Shown piece by piece: positions 8,661-18,645 of a DNA stretch of 64,000 nucleotides. The stretch comes from an uncultured Acidobacteriota bacterium. Lineage in GTDB: Bacteria > Acidobacteriota > Vicinamibacteria > Vicinamibacterales > 2-12-FULL-66-21. Position 1 is the stretch's first letter, and each line of letters begins with the position of its first letter. The position numbers and the translations under genes were made by a program. Below the pieces are notes generated by a model, which ran no database searches, had not been told where the DNA came from, and saw only the letters and a program-made list of their open reading frames with translations. The DNA lies in NCBI GenBank assembly GCA_963764925.1, contig CAVXUR010000008.1, positions 147,624 through 211,623 on the forward strand, in the 5' to 3' direction.

Positions 8661-9760
8661 GTGAAGATACTGTTCATCCGCCTGCGGCTCATCGGCGACG
8701 TGGTCTTCACGACGCCGCTCGTCGGCGCCCTCAAGCGGACGTTCCCGGAAGTTCGCCTGACGTACCTCGTCGAACGCGATGCGGCGCCAGTCGTGACCGG
8801 CAACCCGCATCTCGCGGACGTCATTGTCGTGCCACGCACGCGGGGGTGGAGACGGCTGCGCGACGACCTGCGACTGGCTCGCCGGCTTCGCGCCGAACGG
8901 TTCGACATCGTGATCGATCTCCACGGCGGACCTCGGAGCTCGTGGCTGACGTGGACGACCGGCGCGTCCGAGCGAATCGGCTACGACATCGAGGGACGGA
9001 GCTGGCAATACACGCGAACCGTGCACCGGCCTCGGGAGCTGCAGCCACGGCACTCGGTCATGAATCAATGGGCGCTGCTGACGGCGCTCGCCGGATGGCC
9101 TGGCACCGAACCCGACCCGTCGCTCCATCCGGCAGAGATGGTGCTCGACGGCTGAGACCGATGCGCGGATTGCCGCGCGTCTGCGCGCAGCGGGTGTGGA
9201 GACTCGGCACGAGATCATCGTGATTCACGTGAGCGCCGGCAACCCGTTTCGGCGATGGCCCGAGGCGGCATTCGCCGCGCTCGTCAGGGCGCTGGCGCTC
9301 AATGACGGACGCCGGCGAATCATCCTCAGTTCGGGCCCCTCGGATCGGGCCGCGGCCGATCGAATCGGCGGCGCCGCGCGGCGCGAGTTGGGGCCAGGGC
9401 GAGGCGACCAGGTGCTCGAATTCGGCGACGTCGATCTCGTGGAGTTGCGCGCGTTGATCGAGCGGAGCGCGCTCTTCATCGGCGGTGACAGCGGCCCCCT
9501 GCACATTGCCTCGACGACGAGCGACACCGGTTGTGGGCATTTACGGGCCGACGCTCTCGGCGCGATCCGCGCCATGGCGGAGTCCTGACGTCCCGACCGA
9601 ATCGGTGGAGATTGACGCGCTGCCCTGCCGCCCGTGCGATCAGCGGACCTGCGCGCCAGGTGACTTTCGCTGCCTCACGCGAATCGAACCGCAGGCGGTC
9701 ATCGCCGCCGCGGAGCGCGCGATCGCTCGGGCCCACTTCGAGGTGAGGACGCACGCATGA
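8661..9760 (+). CDS. glycosyltransferase family 9 (LPS heptosyltransferase-like), two frame disruptions (~9150, ~9525)
   Basis: Three fragments join. They are MKILFIRLRLIGDVVFTTPLVGALKRTFP...HGGPRSS, then AETDARIAARLRAAGVETRHEIIVIHVSAGNPFRRWP...GGDSGPLHIAS, then TPVVGIYGPT...CRPC. Each join needs one nucleotide to be skipped. Confidence 0.82.
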
Positions 9761-11008
9761 ACTTCGCCGCACGACTTCCGGCTGAATTTCCGCCCGACCG
9801 CATGTCGGGCCTGGAACGGGCCGCCTATGTATCGATGCTGGGATTTGCCGCGGCGCCGCAATTCTCGATCGCCGCCTCGGGAATCCTGCTCGGCCTATCA
9901 GCCCTTCTGTGGCTCGCCGTCGTCATCGTCAACCGCGAGCGCATCGAGGTGCCGCGGATGTTCTGGCCGCTCGCGGCCTACGCCGGTGTGACGCTCGTCG
10001 CGTCGCTCTTCTCGACCAACCGGGCAGTCAGCTTCGCGGACTGCAAGCAACTCCTCCTCTTTGCCATCGTCCCGATCACTTATCGGCTGTTTCGGGGAGA
10101 GCGCAGCCTGACCGTCGTCGACGTCGTGATCACCGTCGGCGCGCTCAATGCCGTGTACGGGATCGTGCAGTACGGAATCCTGGACTACGACAACGTCGCG
10201 AGGCGCGTCCAGGGCAACCTCGGGCACTACATGACCTACTCAGGAGTCATCATGCTCGTGGCGTGCATCGCCGTCGCGCGCGTCATGTTCCGGCGCCGGG
10301 AGCGGATCTGGGCGGCGCTCGTCCTCCCGGCGGTCCTCGTCGCCCTCGGTACTGACCCTCAGCCGGAACGCCTGGGTCGGCGCGTGCGCCGGTATCGGCA
10401 CGCTGTTTCTTCTCAGGGATCTCCGATCCGTGTTCCGGATGGCCGCGTTGCTGCTGGTCGTGATGGGCTTGCTCATCGCCTTCGCACCTGCGTCAGTCTC
10501 CGATCGGTTCTCTTCGATGCTGTCGCTCAAGGACATGTACGGCGATAGCGCAACGAACACGTCGACGGTGCAGTCGAACCGCGACCGGCTGGCAATGATC
10601 AAGAGCGGGTTCAGGATCATCAGGGACTATCCTCTCACCGGCGTCGGTCCTGACATGGTGATTCAGGTCTATCCGGGGTACCTGGAACCCACGGCCGTCA
10701 GTCAACGCAACTCGCATCTCCACAACGTGCCCTTGCAGATCGCCGCGGAGCGGGGGCTTCCGGCGCTGGCCATCTGGTGCTGGTTCGTTGCCACTTTGCT
10801 CGCCGACTTCTTCCGCCTGCGCCGGACGTCGCCGCTGCCATCTCTCGCAGCGGGCGGCATTGCCTGCGTCGTCGCCATGCTGGCTGCGGGCATGTTCGAA
10901 TACAATTTCGGCGACTCCGAGTTCCTGATGCTGTTTCTGGTGATTGTGACGCTGCCATACGCCGCCGAACGCGTTCCGGCGCCCGTCGCCGAACGGAGGG
11001 CAGCCTAA
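9757..11008 (+). CDS. O-antigen ligase / Wzy_C-family membrane protein (frame disruption ~10349)
   Basis: ORF 9757..10548 joins ORF 10430..11008 at ...AVLVAL/VLTLSRNAWVGACAGIG.... The protein is polytopic and hydrophobic, with the motif NSHLHNVPLQIAAERGLPALAIW. Confidence 0.75.
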
Positions 11009-11013
11009 TCACG

Positions 11014-12003
11014 ATGCCGACGTTTCCCACCCTCGACAAGTTACTCGACCGCATCGGGGGACGTTCGATCCTCGTGATCGGCGACCTGATGGTCGATCAA
11101 TTCGTCATTGGCACCGTCGATCGCATATCGCCTGAGGCGCCGGTCCCGATTGTTCGGTTCGACCACGAGACCTGGCGACTCGGTGGCGCGGCCAATGTGG
11201 CCCACAACGTGGTGGCTCTCGGCGGACGCGTGGACGCCATCGGCGTTGTCGGCAGCGATCCCGACGGTGCGCGGCTGCTCGCCGATCTCGCCGGACGTTC
11301 GATCGGCACTGCGGGCATCATCAGCGATGCCTCACGATGCACGACCCGCAAGCTGCGAGTCGTGACGACCCGGAACCAGCAGGTGGCGCGAATCGATTAC
11401 GAGGGCGACAGCGACATCGATGCCTCGATCGAGGCGACCGTCGTGAGACGCATTGGCGAGCTGGCGGCTTCGGCGCAGGCAATCGTCATCTCCGATTACC
11501 TGAAGGGAGTCGTGACCTTGCAGGTCGCGTCGGCCGCTGCCGACGCGGCGCGGGCCCACCGAATTCCACTGCTCGTCGATCCCAAGGTTCCGCATATCGA
11601 TCGATATGCGGGCGCCACCGTGATTACGCCCAATCACCACGAGGCCGAGTCGGTGACGCACATGCGGATCCGGTCGGCGGCCGATGCGCGGGAGGCGGCG
11701 CGCCGGTTTCGGGAACGCGCGAACAGCGCCGCTGTGCTGATTACCCGCGGCGAGCACGGGATGTGGTTGCTCGGACCGGATGGCAAGAATGGTCCGGACG
11801 TCGAAATCGAGCTGCCGGCCGAAGCCCGGGAGGTCGCCGACGTGACCGGCGCCGGAGACACGGTCATCAGCGCCCTGGCGCTCGCAGCCGCCGCCGGGGC
11901 CTCGCTCGCCGACGCCGCACGGCTCGCCAACCGCGCCGCCGGGATCGTCGTCGGCAAGTTCGGGCCGGCGACCGTAACGGCGGACGAACTCAGACAGACT
12001 TGA
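11014..12003 (+). CDS. hldA: D-glycero-beta-D-manno-heptose-7-phosphate kinase (RfaE domain I, PfkB family)
   Basis: From ATG 11014 the protein reads MPTFPTLDKLLDRIGGRSILVIGDLMVDQFVIGTVDRISPEAPVPIV...DVTGAGDTVISALALAAAAG...AAGIVVGKFGPATV. No adenylyltransferase domain follows. Confidence 0.8.
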   Translation: MPTFPTLDKLLDRIGGRSILVIGDLMVDQFVIGTVDRISPEAPVPIVRFDHETWRLGGAANVAHNVVALGGRVDAIGVVGSDPDGARLLADLAGRSIGTAGIISDASRCTTRKLRVVTTRNQQVARIDYEGDSDIDASIEATVVRRIGELAASAQAIVISDYLKGVVTLQVASAAADAARAHRIPLLVDPKVPHIDRYAGATVITPNHHEAESVTHMRIRSAADAREAARRFRERANSAAVLITRGEHGMWLLGPDGKNGPDVEIELPAEAREVADVTGAGDTVISALALAAAAGASLADAARLANRAAGIVVGKFGPATVTADELRQT

Positions 12004-12108
12004 CCCAGGGATCAGGGATCGGGGATCGGGGGCATTAGCCTCGTCCTAACTCCCTGATCGTCAGACCTTGCCCCGGGCCCCTGATCCCCGCCCCCTGATC
12101 CCTGGGTC
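12003..12108. repeat. heptamer-periodic inverted repeat (GGGATCR)n / (YGATCCC)n
   Basis: The arms are acccagggatcagggatcggggatcggggg ... cccctgatccccgccccctgatccctgggt. It fills the gap between the convergent hldA and ArnT-like genes. Confidence 0.88.
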
Positions 12109-12112
12109 GGTC

Positions 12113-13810
12113 TCACGGCCCGCACTTGTTCGTCAGCAGCAGGATCTCCGGCAGCCGCTGGCGCGACAGCACGTTTCTCAGCTTCACGTCGAAGGTCGGT
12201 TGCGAGCGCACGCGGCAGAGCGGCGCCGATTCGGCTGGCTTGATCGCGCGCTCGTAGTCGTCTCTGGAAGCCATCAGGTACAGGGGGCGGCCGGTGCGCA
12301 GCAGCTCGATGACCGGGCCGTGATCGTAGAACACGTCGATGTGTCGACGGAGGTAGTAGACGAGGCTCGGCAGCGCGACGTTGTAGGTGACGATGATGTC
12401 GTCGGGCGTCGCGCGCTCCTTGAGGAGCGCGGCAAGCCCTGGCGCCGGCTTGTATGCTTCGAAGCTTGGCAGCACTTTCAGCACGAAAATCCAGTTGACC
12501 GCGATGAGCGCGCACGCGACGGTGACGAGTGCGGCGCCGATGCGCTGTCGAAGCGCAAGCACGATCGCAGCAGACCCGCCAGCGATCGCGATCGCTCCGA
12601 CGAACAGGGAGCCAGCCAGCACATACACGGCGAGCTCGCTGTTGAACAGGATCAGGAACCCTGCTCCGGCCACGATCAGCACGCCGCCGACGACGGCGGT
12701 GACGAGCTTGGTTCGCGCGTCAGCGGACCGTGATGCCGCGGCGCCCGCAATCACTACCGCTGCGAGCGCCACAATCGCCGGGGCGATTGGGTAGATGTAC
12801 AGGTCCTGTTTACCAGCCGAGAGCGAGAAGAATCCGACGATCCCCAGAATCCAGAGCCACAGCAGCGTCCGGATTCGACTCGCACCGTCAGTTGCCGTCG
12901 TCGCCTGGCGTCGTTCGCGGATCCAGAGCGCTGCCGCGGGAAAGAGAAAGAACGACCATGGGAACGAGTCGCTGAAGACGACCGGGAGGTACCACCAGAC
13001 CGGCCGGTCGGCGTTGACGCCAACGCCGTCCACATAGCGAGCGAAATTCTCACCGAAGACGAAGGACTTGATCGGGCCCCACCCCCACTGCTGATAGAGG
13101 GCGGCATACCACGGCACGACGATCGCCAGCACGATGACCGTTCCGAGCGGCACCAGCATGTCGCGGGCACGCCCCAGCTCGCGGTGGACCATCAGGTAGA
13201 TCGCAAACACCAGGCCCGGAAGCAAGGCGGCAATCGGGCCCTTCGTCAGGACACCGAGCCCGACGCAGACGTACATCAGGATCAGATACAGACGGCGTCT
13301 TGCGGGATACCGCTCCGCGAGCGCGAAAAACAGCAGCGTCAGCGCCATGAACATCGTAATGTAGATGTCGATGAAGATGCGACGGGCGAACATCAGCAAA
13401 CGCGGCGACACCGCAAGCCCGATCGCGGACCACCATGCCGCGGCCGCCTCTCGCCCCGCTGGCGCCGCCGCTCGAGCGAGAAAGAACGCCGTGACGATCA
13501 ACACCATCCCGCCAAGCGCGATCGGGACGCGCTGCACGCCAACCGACACGCCAAACAGGTGATAGAAGCCAGCAACGATCCAGTAGCTCAACACGGGCTT
13601 GTTGACGCGCGGCTCGTAGTTGAACATCGGATTGACGTAGTCGCCGCGCTCCATCATTTCGCGCGGCGTCTCGACATAGAACGCCTCGTTCGCGTCCCAG
13701 ATGGACGAACCGCCGAGATCGATGAAATACGGACAGACGGCGAGAAGAAGCAGCAGGCAATGCTGAATGCTGAGTGCTGAATGCTGAAGTGAAGGGCGAA
13801 GTGGCGTCAC
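12113..13810 (-). CDS. ArnT/PMT-family (GT-C fold) membrane glycosyltransferase
   Basis: This 565-aa polytopic ORF contains ...SSIWDANEAFYVETPREMMERGDYVNPMFNYEPRVNKPVLSYWIVAG.... The first ~17 codons (SLQHSALSIQHC) are encoded by the GCTGAAT repeat, so the true start is probably somewhat downstream. Confidence 0.78.
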   Translation of the reverse strand: MTPLRPSLQHSALSIQHCLLLLLAVCPYFIDLGGSSIWDANEAFYVETPREMMERGDYVNPMFNYEPRVNKPVLSYWIVAGFYHLFGVSVGVQRVPIALGGMVLIVTAFFLARAAAPAGREAAAAWWSAIGLAVSPRLLMFARRIFIDIYITMFMALTLLFFALAERYPARRRLYLILMYVCVGLGVLTKGPIAALLPGLVFAIYLMVHRELGRARDMLVPLGTVIVLAIVVPWYAALYQQWGWGPIKSFVFGENFARYVDGVGVNADRPVWWYLPVVFSDSFPWSFFLFPAAALWIRERRQATTATDGASRIRTLLWLWILGIVGFFSLSAGKQDLYIYPIAPAIVALAAVVIAGAAASRSADARTKLVTAVVGGVLIVAGAGFLILFNSELAVYVLAGSLFVGAIAIAGGSAAIVLALRQRIGAALVTVACALIAVNWIFVLKVLPSFEAYKPAPGLAALLKERATPDDIIVTYNVALPSLVYYLRRHIDVFYDHGPVIELLRTGRPLYLMASRDDYERAIKPAESAPLCRVRSQPTFDVKLRNVLSRQRLPEILLLTNKCGP

Positions 13811-13900
13811 TAATTCGCCATTGCCTCATTCGTCATTTCAATTCCCGATTCACCATTCTTCATTCACTTCAGCATTCAGCATTCAGCATTCAGAATTGAG
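13759..13900. repeat. heptamer-periodic inverted repeat (GCTGAAT)n / (ATTCAGC)n
   Basis: The left arm is aatgctgaatgctgagtgctgaatgctgaagtgaag and the right arm is cttcattcacttcagcattcagcattcagcattcagaattgag. The spacer is also 7-nt periodic (ATTCNNN). A lone half-site gctgaatgctgaag recurs at 37833-37846. Confidence 0.88.
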
Positions 13901-13911
13901 AAGTGCAGGCC

Positions 13912-15505
13912 TTAGTGCCTGAAGTGTCGCCTTCCTGTAAAGACCATCGTCAGGCCGCGCTCGTCCGCGGCTGCGATGACTTCGGCGTCGCGGACCGATC
14001 CGCCGGGCTGCACGATGGCGGTCGCGCCGGCCTCGGCCACCGCGTCGAGACCGTCGCGGAATGGAAAGAACGCGTCGGAAGCAGCGACTGAGCCCGAGAG
14101 CGCCCCGGCGGCAGCTTTCATGACTGCGACCTTGACCGCGTCGACGCGGCTCATCTGTCCCGCGCCGACGGCCAGCGTTCTGTCAGTGCTGGTAAAAATC
14201 ACGGCGTTCGACTTGACGTGACCGCAGACGCGCCACGCGAAGCGAAGCGCCATCCACTCTTCGGGAGTCGGCGCGCGGTTGGTCACGACCTTCGGGAAAT
14301 CATCGTGCGGCCACGCCGTACGCGCCTCCGTCACGACATCGCGGTCCTGCATCAGCATGCCGCCAAGGAAGCTCCGCGCATCCCGGGCGAACTCGTTGTC
14401 GAGTGCGGCCAGCTTGGCGAAATCTACGGTCGCCACGCGGAGATTCGCTTTCGTCGCCAGGATCGGCTTGGCGTCCTCGTCCACGGCGGGCGCGATCACG
14501 GCCTCGATGAACGTGGACGTCAACGCACGCGCGGTCTCGCCGTCGAGCGTGCGGTTGAGGCCGACGATGCCGCCAAACGCCGACAGGGGATCGGCCTCGC
14601 GCGCTCGCACGTACGCCTCGGCAATCGTCGCCCCCAGGGCCACGCCGCACGGGTTGGTGTGCTTGATGACGACACCGACCGGCTCGGGAAATTCGAGCGC
14701 AATCCGGAGCGCGGCGTCGAGATCGAGCAGGTTGGTATACGACAGCTCCTTGCCTTGATGAATCTCCCAGCCTGGCAGCGACGGCCCCACAGTATTGGCG
14801 GGGGGCACCCATTGCGCCTTCTGATGCGGATTCTCGCCGTATCGCAAATCCTTCGGCGCCGGATGCGACGTCGGAAGCGCGGACCGCGTCATCGCTCCCC
14901 CGGCAAAGTCGACGCTGTGTAGCGTGACCGCGATCATCCCGTCGTACATGCCGGTGTGGTCGAACGCCTTCTGCATCAGCTTGAATCGAAACGCCGGCTC
15001 CGGTCCGCCGGCCTGCGCCAACTGCTCGAGCACTTGCGAATAGTCCGCACGGATCGACGACGACGAGCACGTCGCGGAAATTCTTGGCCGCTGCCCGCAC
15101 CAGGCTCGGGCCGCCGATGTCGATCTCTTCAACGAGCGCATCGAATGGCGTGTCGGGGTTCTGAGCGGCCTTGGCAAAGGGGTATAGGTTCACCACAACG
15201 AGGTCGACCGGAGTAATCCCGTGGCGGCCGATCGCCTCGAGGTCGTCCGGGCGGGATCGGCGCGCCAGGATGCCGGCGTGGATGGCCGGGTGCAGGGTCT
15301 TGACTCGCCCGTCCATCATCTCGGGAAAGCCAGTCACGTCGGAGACGCCAACGACCGGGAGACCGGCCGCCGCGAGGGCCGTCGCGGTGCCACCGGTCGA
15401 GACGAGTTCGACCCCGAGGGCAGCCAGGCCCCGGCCAAGCTCAGCCAGTCCGGTCTTGTCCGAAACACTCAAAATTGCTCGCATATTTGTCGATTTACTT
15501 GACAT
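13912..15505 (-). CDS. purH: bifunctional AICAR transformylase / IMP cyclohydrolase (frame disruption ~15058)
   Basis: ORF 14300..15505 ([33 protein letters not shown]...[22 protein letters not shown]) joins ORF 13912..15177 ([10 protein letters not shown]...TGRRHFRH) when one extra base in gatccgTgcggac is skipped. Confidence 0.93.
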
Positions 15506-15528
15506 TTACAGGCAAATCCCCTTACCAT
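15499..15528 (+). promoter_or_regulatory. candidate sigma-70-type promoter for cspA
   Basis: TTGACA (15499-15504), an 18-nt spacer, then TACCAT (15523-15528), about 155 nt upstream of the cspA ATG. This is a motif match only. Confidence 0.3.
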
Positions 15529-15563
15529 ATCGGCTGGCTGGGAGGCCAGCTATCGTAAGTCGA

Positions 15564-15588
15564 GGCCGCGCACTCGCGGTCTTTTTTT
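15564..15588 (+). promoter_or_regulatory. intrinsic-terminator-like hairpin plus U-tract inside the cspA leader
   Basis: The sequence ggccgcg-cact-cgcggtc is followed by ttttttt. No plus-strand gene lies upstream that it could terminate. A second 10-bp hairpin, cggccactgc...gcagtggccg, follows at 15596-15633. Confidence 0.45.
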
Positions 15589-15682
15589 GTGTCCACGGCC
15601 ACTGCTATGTCAAACATGCGCAGTGGCCGGGGATGGGTATGCGGCGCCATGCGCCGCGGCTTCGCAAGGCAGGAAATGGACG

Positions 15683-15889
15683 ATGCGTATCACAGGTAAG
15701 GTCAAGTGGTTCAACAACGCGAAGGGTTACGGTTTCATTGAACGCGAAGGCGGGGCGGACGTGTTCGTCCACTTCTCGGCCGTCCAGGGCAATGGCTTCC
15801 GGACGCTCGAGGAAGGACAGGCGGTCGAGTTCGAGATCGTCGATGGCCCCAAGGGCCAGCAGGCTGGCAACGTAACGAAGCCCAGCTAA
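15683..15889 (+). CDS. cspA: cold-shock protein (CSD)
   Basis: The protein reads [66 protein letters not shown], with RNP1 KGYGFI and RNP2 VFVHF. Confidence 0.95.
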   Translation: MRITGKVKWFNNAKGYGFIEREGGADVFVHFSAVQGNGFRTLEEGQAVEFEIVDGPKGQQAGNVTKPS

Positions 15890-15899
15890 ATTCCCGCAC

Positions 15900-15931
15900 G
15901 AGACCGGAATGCCGCAAGGCGTTCCGGTCTC
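15900..15931. terminator. 10-bp stem hairpin between convergent cspA and the 15946..16560 gene
   Basis: The stem is gagaccggaa / ttccggtctc with a 12-nt loop. There is no clear U-tract. Confidence 0.45.
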
Positions 15932-15945
15932 CAGTTCCCCCGCCA

Positions 15946-16560
15946 TCACTCCTTCGACTCTTTCGAATCTTTCGCTTCCTTCGTTTCTTTCCTGGGTCGC
16001 ACAGTAAACGCGACCTTACCGTCCTTGACCGCGACGCGGAACGCGACCTCCGGTGTCCCCTGGTCGCGCAGCTTCGATACCTGATTCTTCACGAGCGCCG
16101 CGAACTTGTGAAACGGCACGACGTCCTCGCCGTGCTGCCGCCGCGCATCCATCAGCGAATCGTAGAGCGAGTGCAGCTTGTCCATCTCGCGCACCGGATC
16201 GGTAAAAGCGGTGACGCTGACGACCTTGCCCCCAGCCGGCTTGGCCGCTTTCGGCACGGCCTTCGGCAGCGGCTGCGCGAAGGGGCCGGCACGCCCTTCT
16301 TCGCGCGAACGGATCCCGCGATCCCACAGCTCGACGAGTGACTGGAAACGCGACTGCAGCATCTCGAAGCGGAAGCGATCGCCGGTGCCCATGCTCACGC
16401 CGCGATCGTAGCGCTTGACCATCGCTTCGACCCGGCCGCGCGTCTCCCATGGCGGACGCGGCAGCCGGCCCGAAAAAAACATGTTGTACTCGCCTTCGAG
16501 GCGCTTCAGATCGGCGGCCAGGAGCTGAAGGTCCTTCTGGATGTCTGTCTGTTCGGCCAT
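15946..16560 (-). CDS. conserved hypothetical protein (resembles the MXAN_5187-type family; Lys/Glu-rich tail)
   Basis: This 204-aa ORF reads MAEQTDIQKDLQLLAADLKRLEGEYNMFFSGRLPRPPWETRGRVEAMVKRYDRG.... The family assignment is from memory and has not been checked. Confidence 0.6.
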   Translation of the reverse strand: MAEQTDIQKDLQLLAADLKRLEGEYNMFFSGRLPRPPWETRGRVEAMVKRYDRGVSMGTGDRFRFEMLQSRFQSLVELWDRGIRSREEGRAGPFAQPLPKAVPKAAKPAGGKVVSVTAFTDPVREMDKLHSLYDSLMDARRQHGEDVVPFHKFAALVKNQVSKLRDQGTPEVAFRVAVKDGKVAFTVRPRKETKEAKDSKESKE

Positions 16561-16590
16561 GCGGATGCTATCGAGGATCGACCATTGGCG

Positions 16591-17046
16591 TCAGGAGATC
16601 AGGAACCACATCAGCGGCAGCCAGAGTTCTCTGGCGTACGGCAGCGGCCGATCGTCGATGAGGACGTCGCAGGCGTCCAGGCGTCCGACGATCTCGAACA
16701 GGGTTCTCAGGCGCAGCGCATCGGACGGATAGAAGCGCGCGCGATGACGGCGAGCAGCGCCTTCGCCGATCTCTCGGTACTCGGCTGACCCTCGCGCCAG
16801 TTCGAGCGCGCGCGCATAGTCGGGCCCTTCGAACACCGGAAACTGGAGCGTCACGGAGAACGGCCGCCGCGGCGTTCCGAAGAGCGCTTCCGACAGCGCC
16901 GGATCCAGATTCGCCAGCTCCTCGTCGGTCGGCTGTTCAGGCAGATCGAGATACGGCCAGAACCGTTCGATCGGCCGGTAGTCCGGCACCTCCACCGACG
17001 GAGGGGCGCTGTCGTTCGCGGGCGTGCCGGATTCGGCCGGTTTCAT
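16591..17046 (-). CDS. hypothetical protein
   Basis: This is ORF 16591..17211 trimmed to MKPAESGTP... at 17046. No motif was recognised. Codon usage is consistent with its neighbours. Confidence 0.45.
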   Translation of the reverse strand: MKPAESGTPANDSAPPSVEVPDYRPIERFWPYLDLPEQPTDEELANLDPALSEALFGTPRRPFSVTLQFPVFEGPDYARALELARGSAEYREIGEGAARRHRARFYPSDALRLRTLFEIVGRLDACDVLIDDRPLPYARELWLPLMWFLIS

Positions 17047-17219
17047 GAGCGCCTCTATTCTACAAGGCTTCGATCCAACCTTCGCTCTCGATTCGCGCGA
17101 AGGCTTGCCCTCCGCAGCTCGCGAAGCGAGCGAAGGAGGGCTTATCCGGATTCTGCCGAGAGCTTCGGCTGGCAAGCCAACGCTTCTCGCGTTTGCCGGT
17201 TCGTGATTCAATCATCGCG

Positions 17220-18593
17220 ATGTCCCGCCGGAGCATTCCTTCGATCGAGCAGCTGCGCCAGCGCCAGGCGATGCGGGAGCTGGAAGCGATCTACGGACGC
17301 GACGCGGTCGTCGACGCGCTTCGCGCCGAGGCGTCGGTCATCCGCACGCGGCTGGCCGATTCGGACGGCCTCGATCTGGTGATGGAGACCATGGAGGCGG
17401 CGGTCCGCGCCCGGCTCGACGCCGACCACGCGCCCTCGCTCGTGGCCGTCATCAACGCAACGGGCGTCATCGTCCACACGAATCTCGGCCGGGCGCCGCT
17501 CGCCGCGGTCGCCACGGCGCGGGTCGCTGCCCTCGCGTCCGGCTACACGAACCTTGAATACGACCTGGCCAAGGGCGGCCGTGGGCGGCGTGACACGCAC
17601 GCCGAGCGCCTGATCTGCCGGCTGTCCGGCGCCGAGGCAGCGATAATCGTCAACAACAATGCGGCGGCGACGCTCGTCTCGCTGGCCGCCCTCGGTGTCG
17701 GACGCGAGGTGATCATTTCCCGCGGCGAGCTCGTCGAGATCGGCGGTGGGTTCCGAGTGCCCGACGTCATGAGGCAGTCCGGCGCGATCTTGCGTGAGGT
17801 CGGCACGACCAATCGGACGCGCGTCGCCGACTACGCGGCGGCGATCTCCAATCGAACGGCGCTGCTGCTCCGCGTGCACCCCTCCAACTTCACCATCGAA
17901 GGATTCACGGAGCGTCCGTCTCTCGCCGAGCTGACCGCCCTCGCGAAGCGCTTCAACCTCCCCGTGGTCGAGGATCTCGGCAGTGGATTCCTGGGCGTCC
18001 CGACCGGGCTCGAGGCCCTCAGGAATGAGCCCTCGGTCGCCGACAGCGTCGCCGCCGGCGTGAGCCTCGTGATGTTCAGCGGCGACAAACTTCTCGGTGG
18101 ACCACAGGCGGGAGTGATTGCGGGCACCGAGGAGGCCGTGGGCCTCGTCCGTCGCCACCCGCTGATGCGAGCAGTCAGGGCGGACAAGATGACCTACGCC
18201 GCGCTCGAGGCGACCCTCGAGGAGTACGTGAGCGGCCGCGCAGCTCACACGGTCCCAGTTGCGCGGATGATGTCGATGGCGCTCGACGAGATTGAGCGAC
18301 GTGCCACGGCGCTCGCCGCGGCCCTCTCGAGCGCGGGCCTGCAGACGGAAATCATCGACGGCTTCTCGACGATCGGCGGCGGCAGCGCCCCCGGCTCCCA
18401 GCTACCGACGCGGCTGGTGGCCTTGACGCTGCCGGCTGGACGGCTCGACGCGGCGCTACGCACCGCCCGACCGCCAGTCATCGCGCGCATCGAGGACGGT
18501 CGCGTCGTGGTCGATCTGCGGACGGTCGCACCTGAAGACGATGAGCGGCTCCCGGGGTTGATCGCAGGCACCGCGGCGATGCTCTTTCCGTAA
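17220..18593 (+). CDS. selA: L-seryl-tRNA(Sec) selenium transferase
   Basis: The protein reads MSRRSIPSIEQLRQRQAM...VINATGVIVHTNLGRAPL...VMFSGDKLLGGPQAGVIAG (PLP lysine motif). Confidence 0.9.
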   Translation: MSRRSIPSIEQLRQRQAMRELEAIYGRDAVVDALRAEASVIRTRLADSDGLDLVMETMEAAVRARLDADHAPSLVAVINATGVIVHTNLGRAPLAAVATARVAALASGYTNLEYDLAKGGRGRRDTHAERLICRLSGAEAAIIVNNNAAATLVSLAALGVGREVIISRGELVEIGGGFRVPDVMRQSGAILREVGTTNRTRVADYAAAISNRTALLLRVHPSNFTIEGFTERPSLAELTALAKRFNLPVVEDLGSGFLGVPTGLEALRNEPSVADSVAAGVSLVMFSGDKLLGGPQAGVIAGTEEAVGLVRRHPLMRAVRADKMTYAALEATLEEYVSGRAAHTVPVARMMSMALDEIERRATALAAALSSAGLQTEIIDGFSTIGGGSAPGSQLPTRLVALTLPAGRLDAALRTARPPVIARIEDGRVVVDLRTVAPEDDERLPGLIAGTAAMLFP

Positions 18594-18645
18594 GAACTTC
18601 TACGCGCTGGCCCAGCCCTCACAACCCGACACTGTCCAAAAGCTT

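Noticed and set aside
8338-9218. Minus-strand ORFs 8338..8562, 8357..8908, 8595..9218 and 8821..9048
   Set aside because: They are antisense to the Trm112-like and GT9 genes, which show strong family motifs. The minus-strand translations are Arg/Ser-rich shadows.
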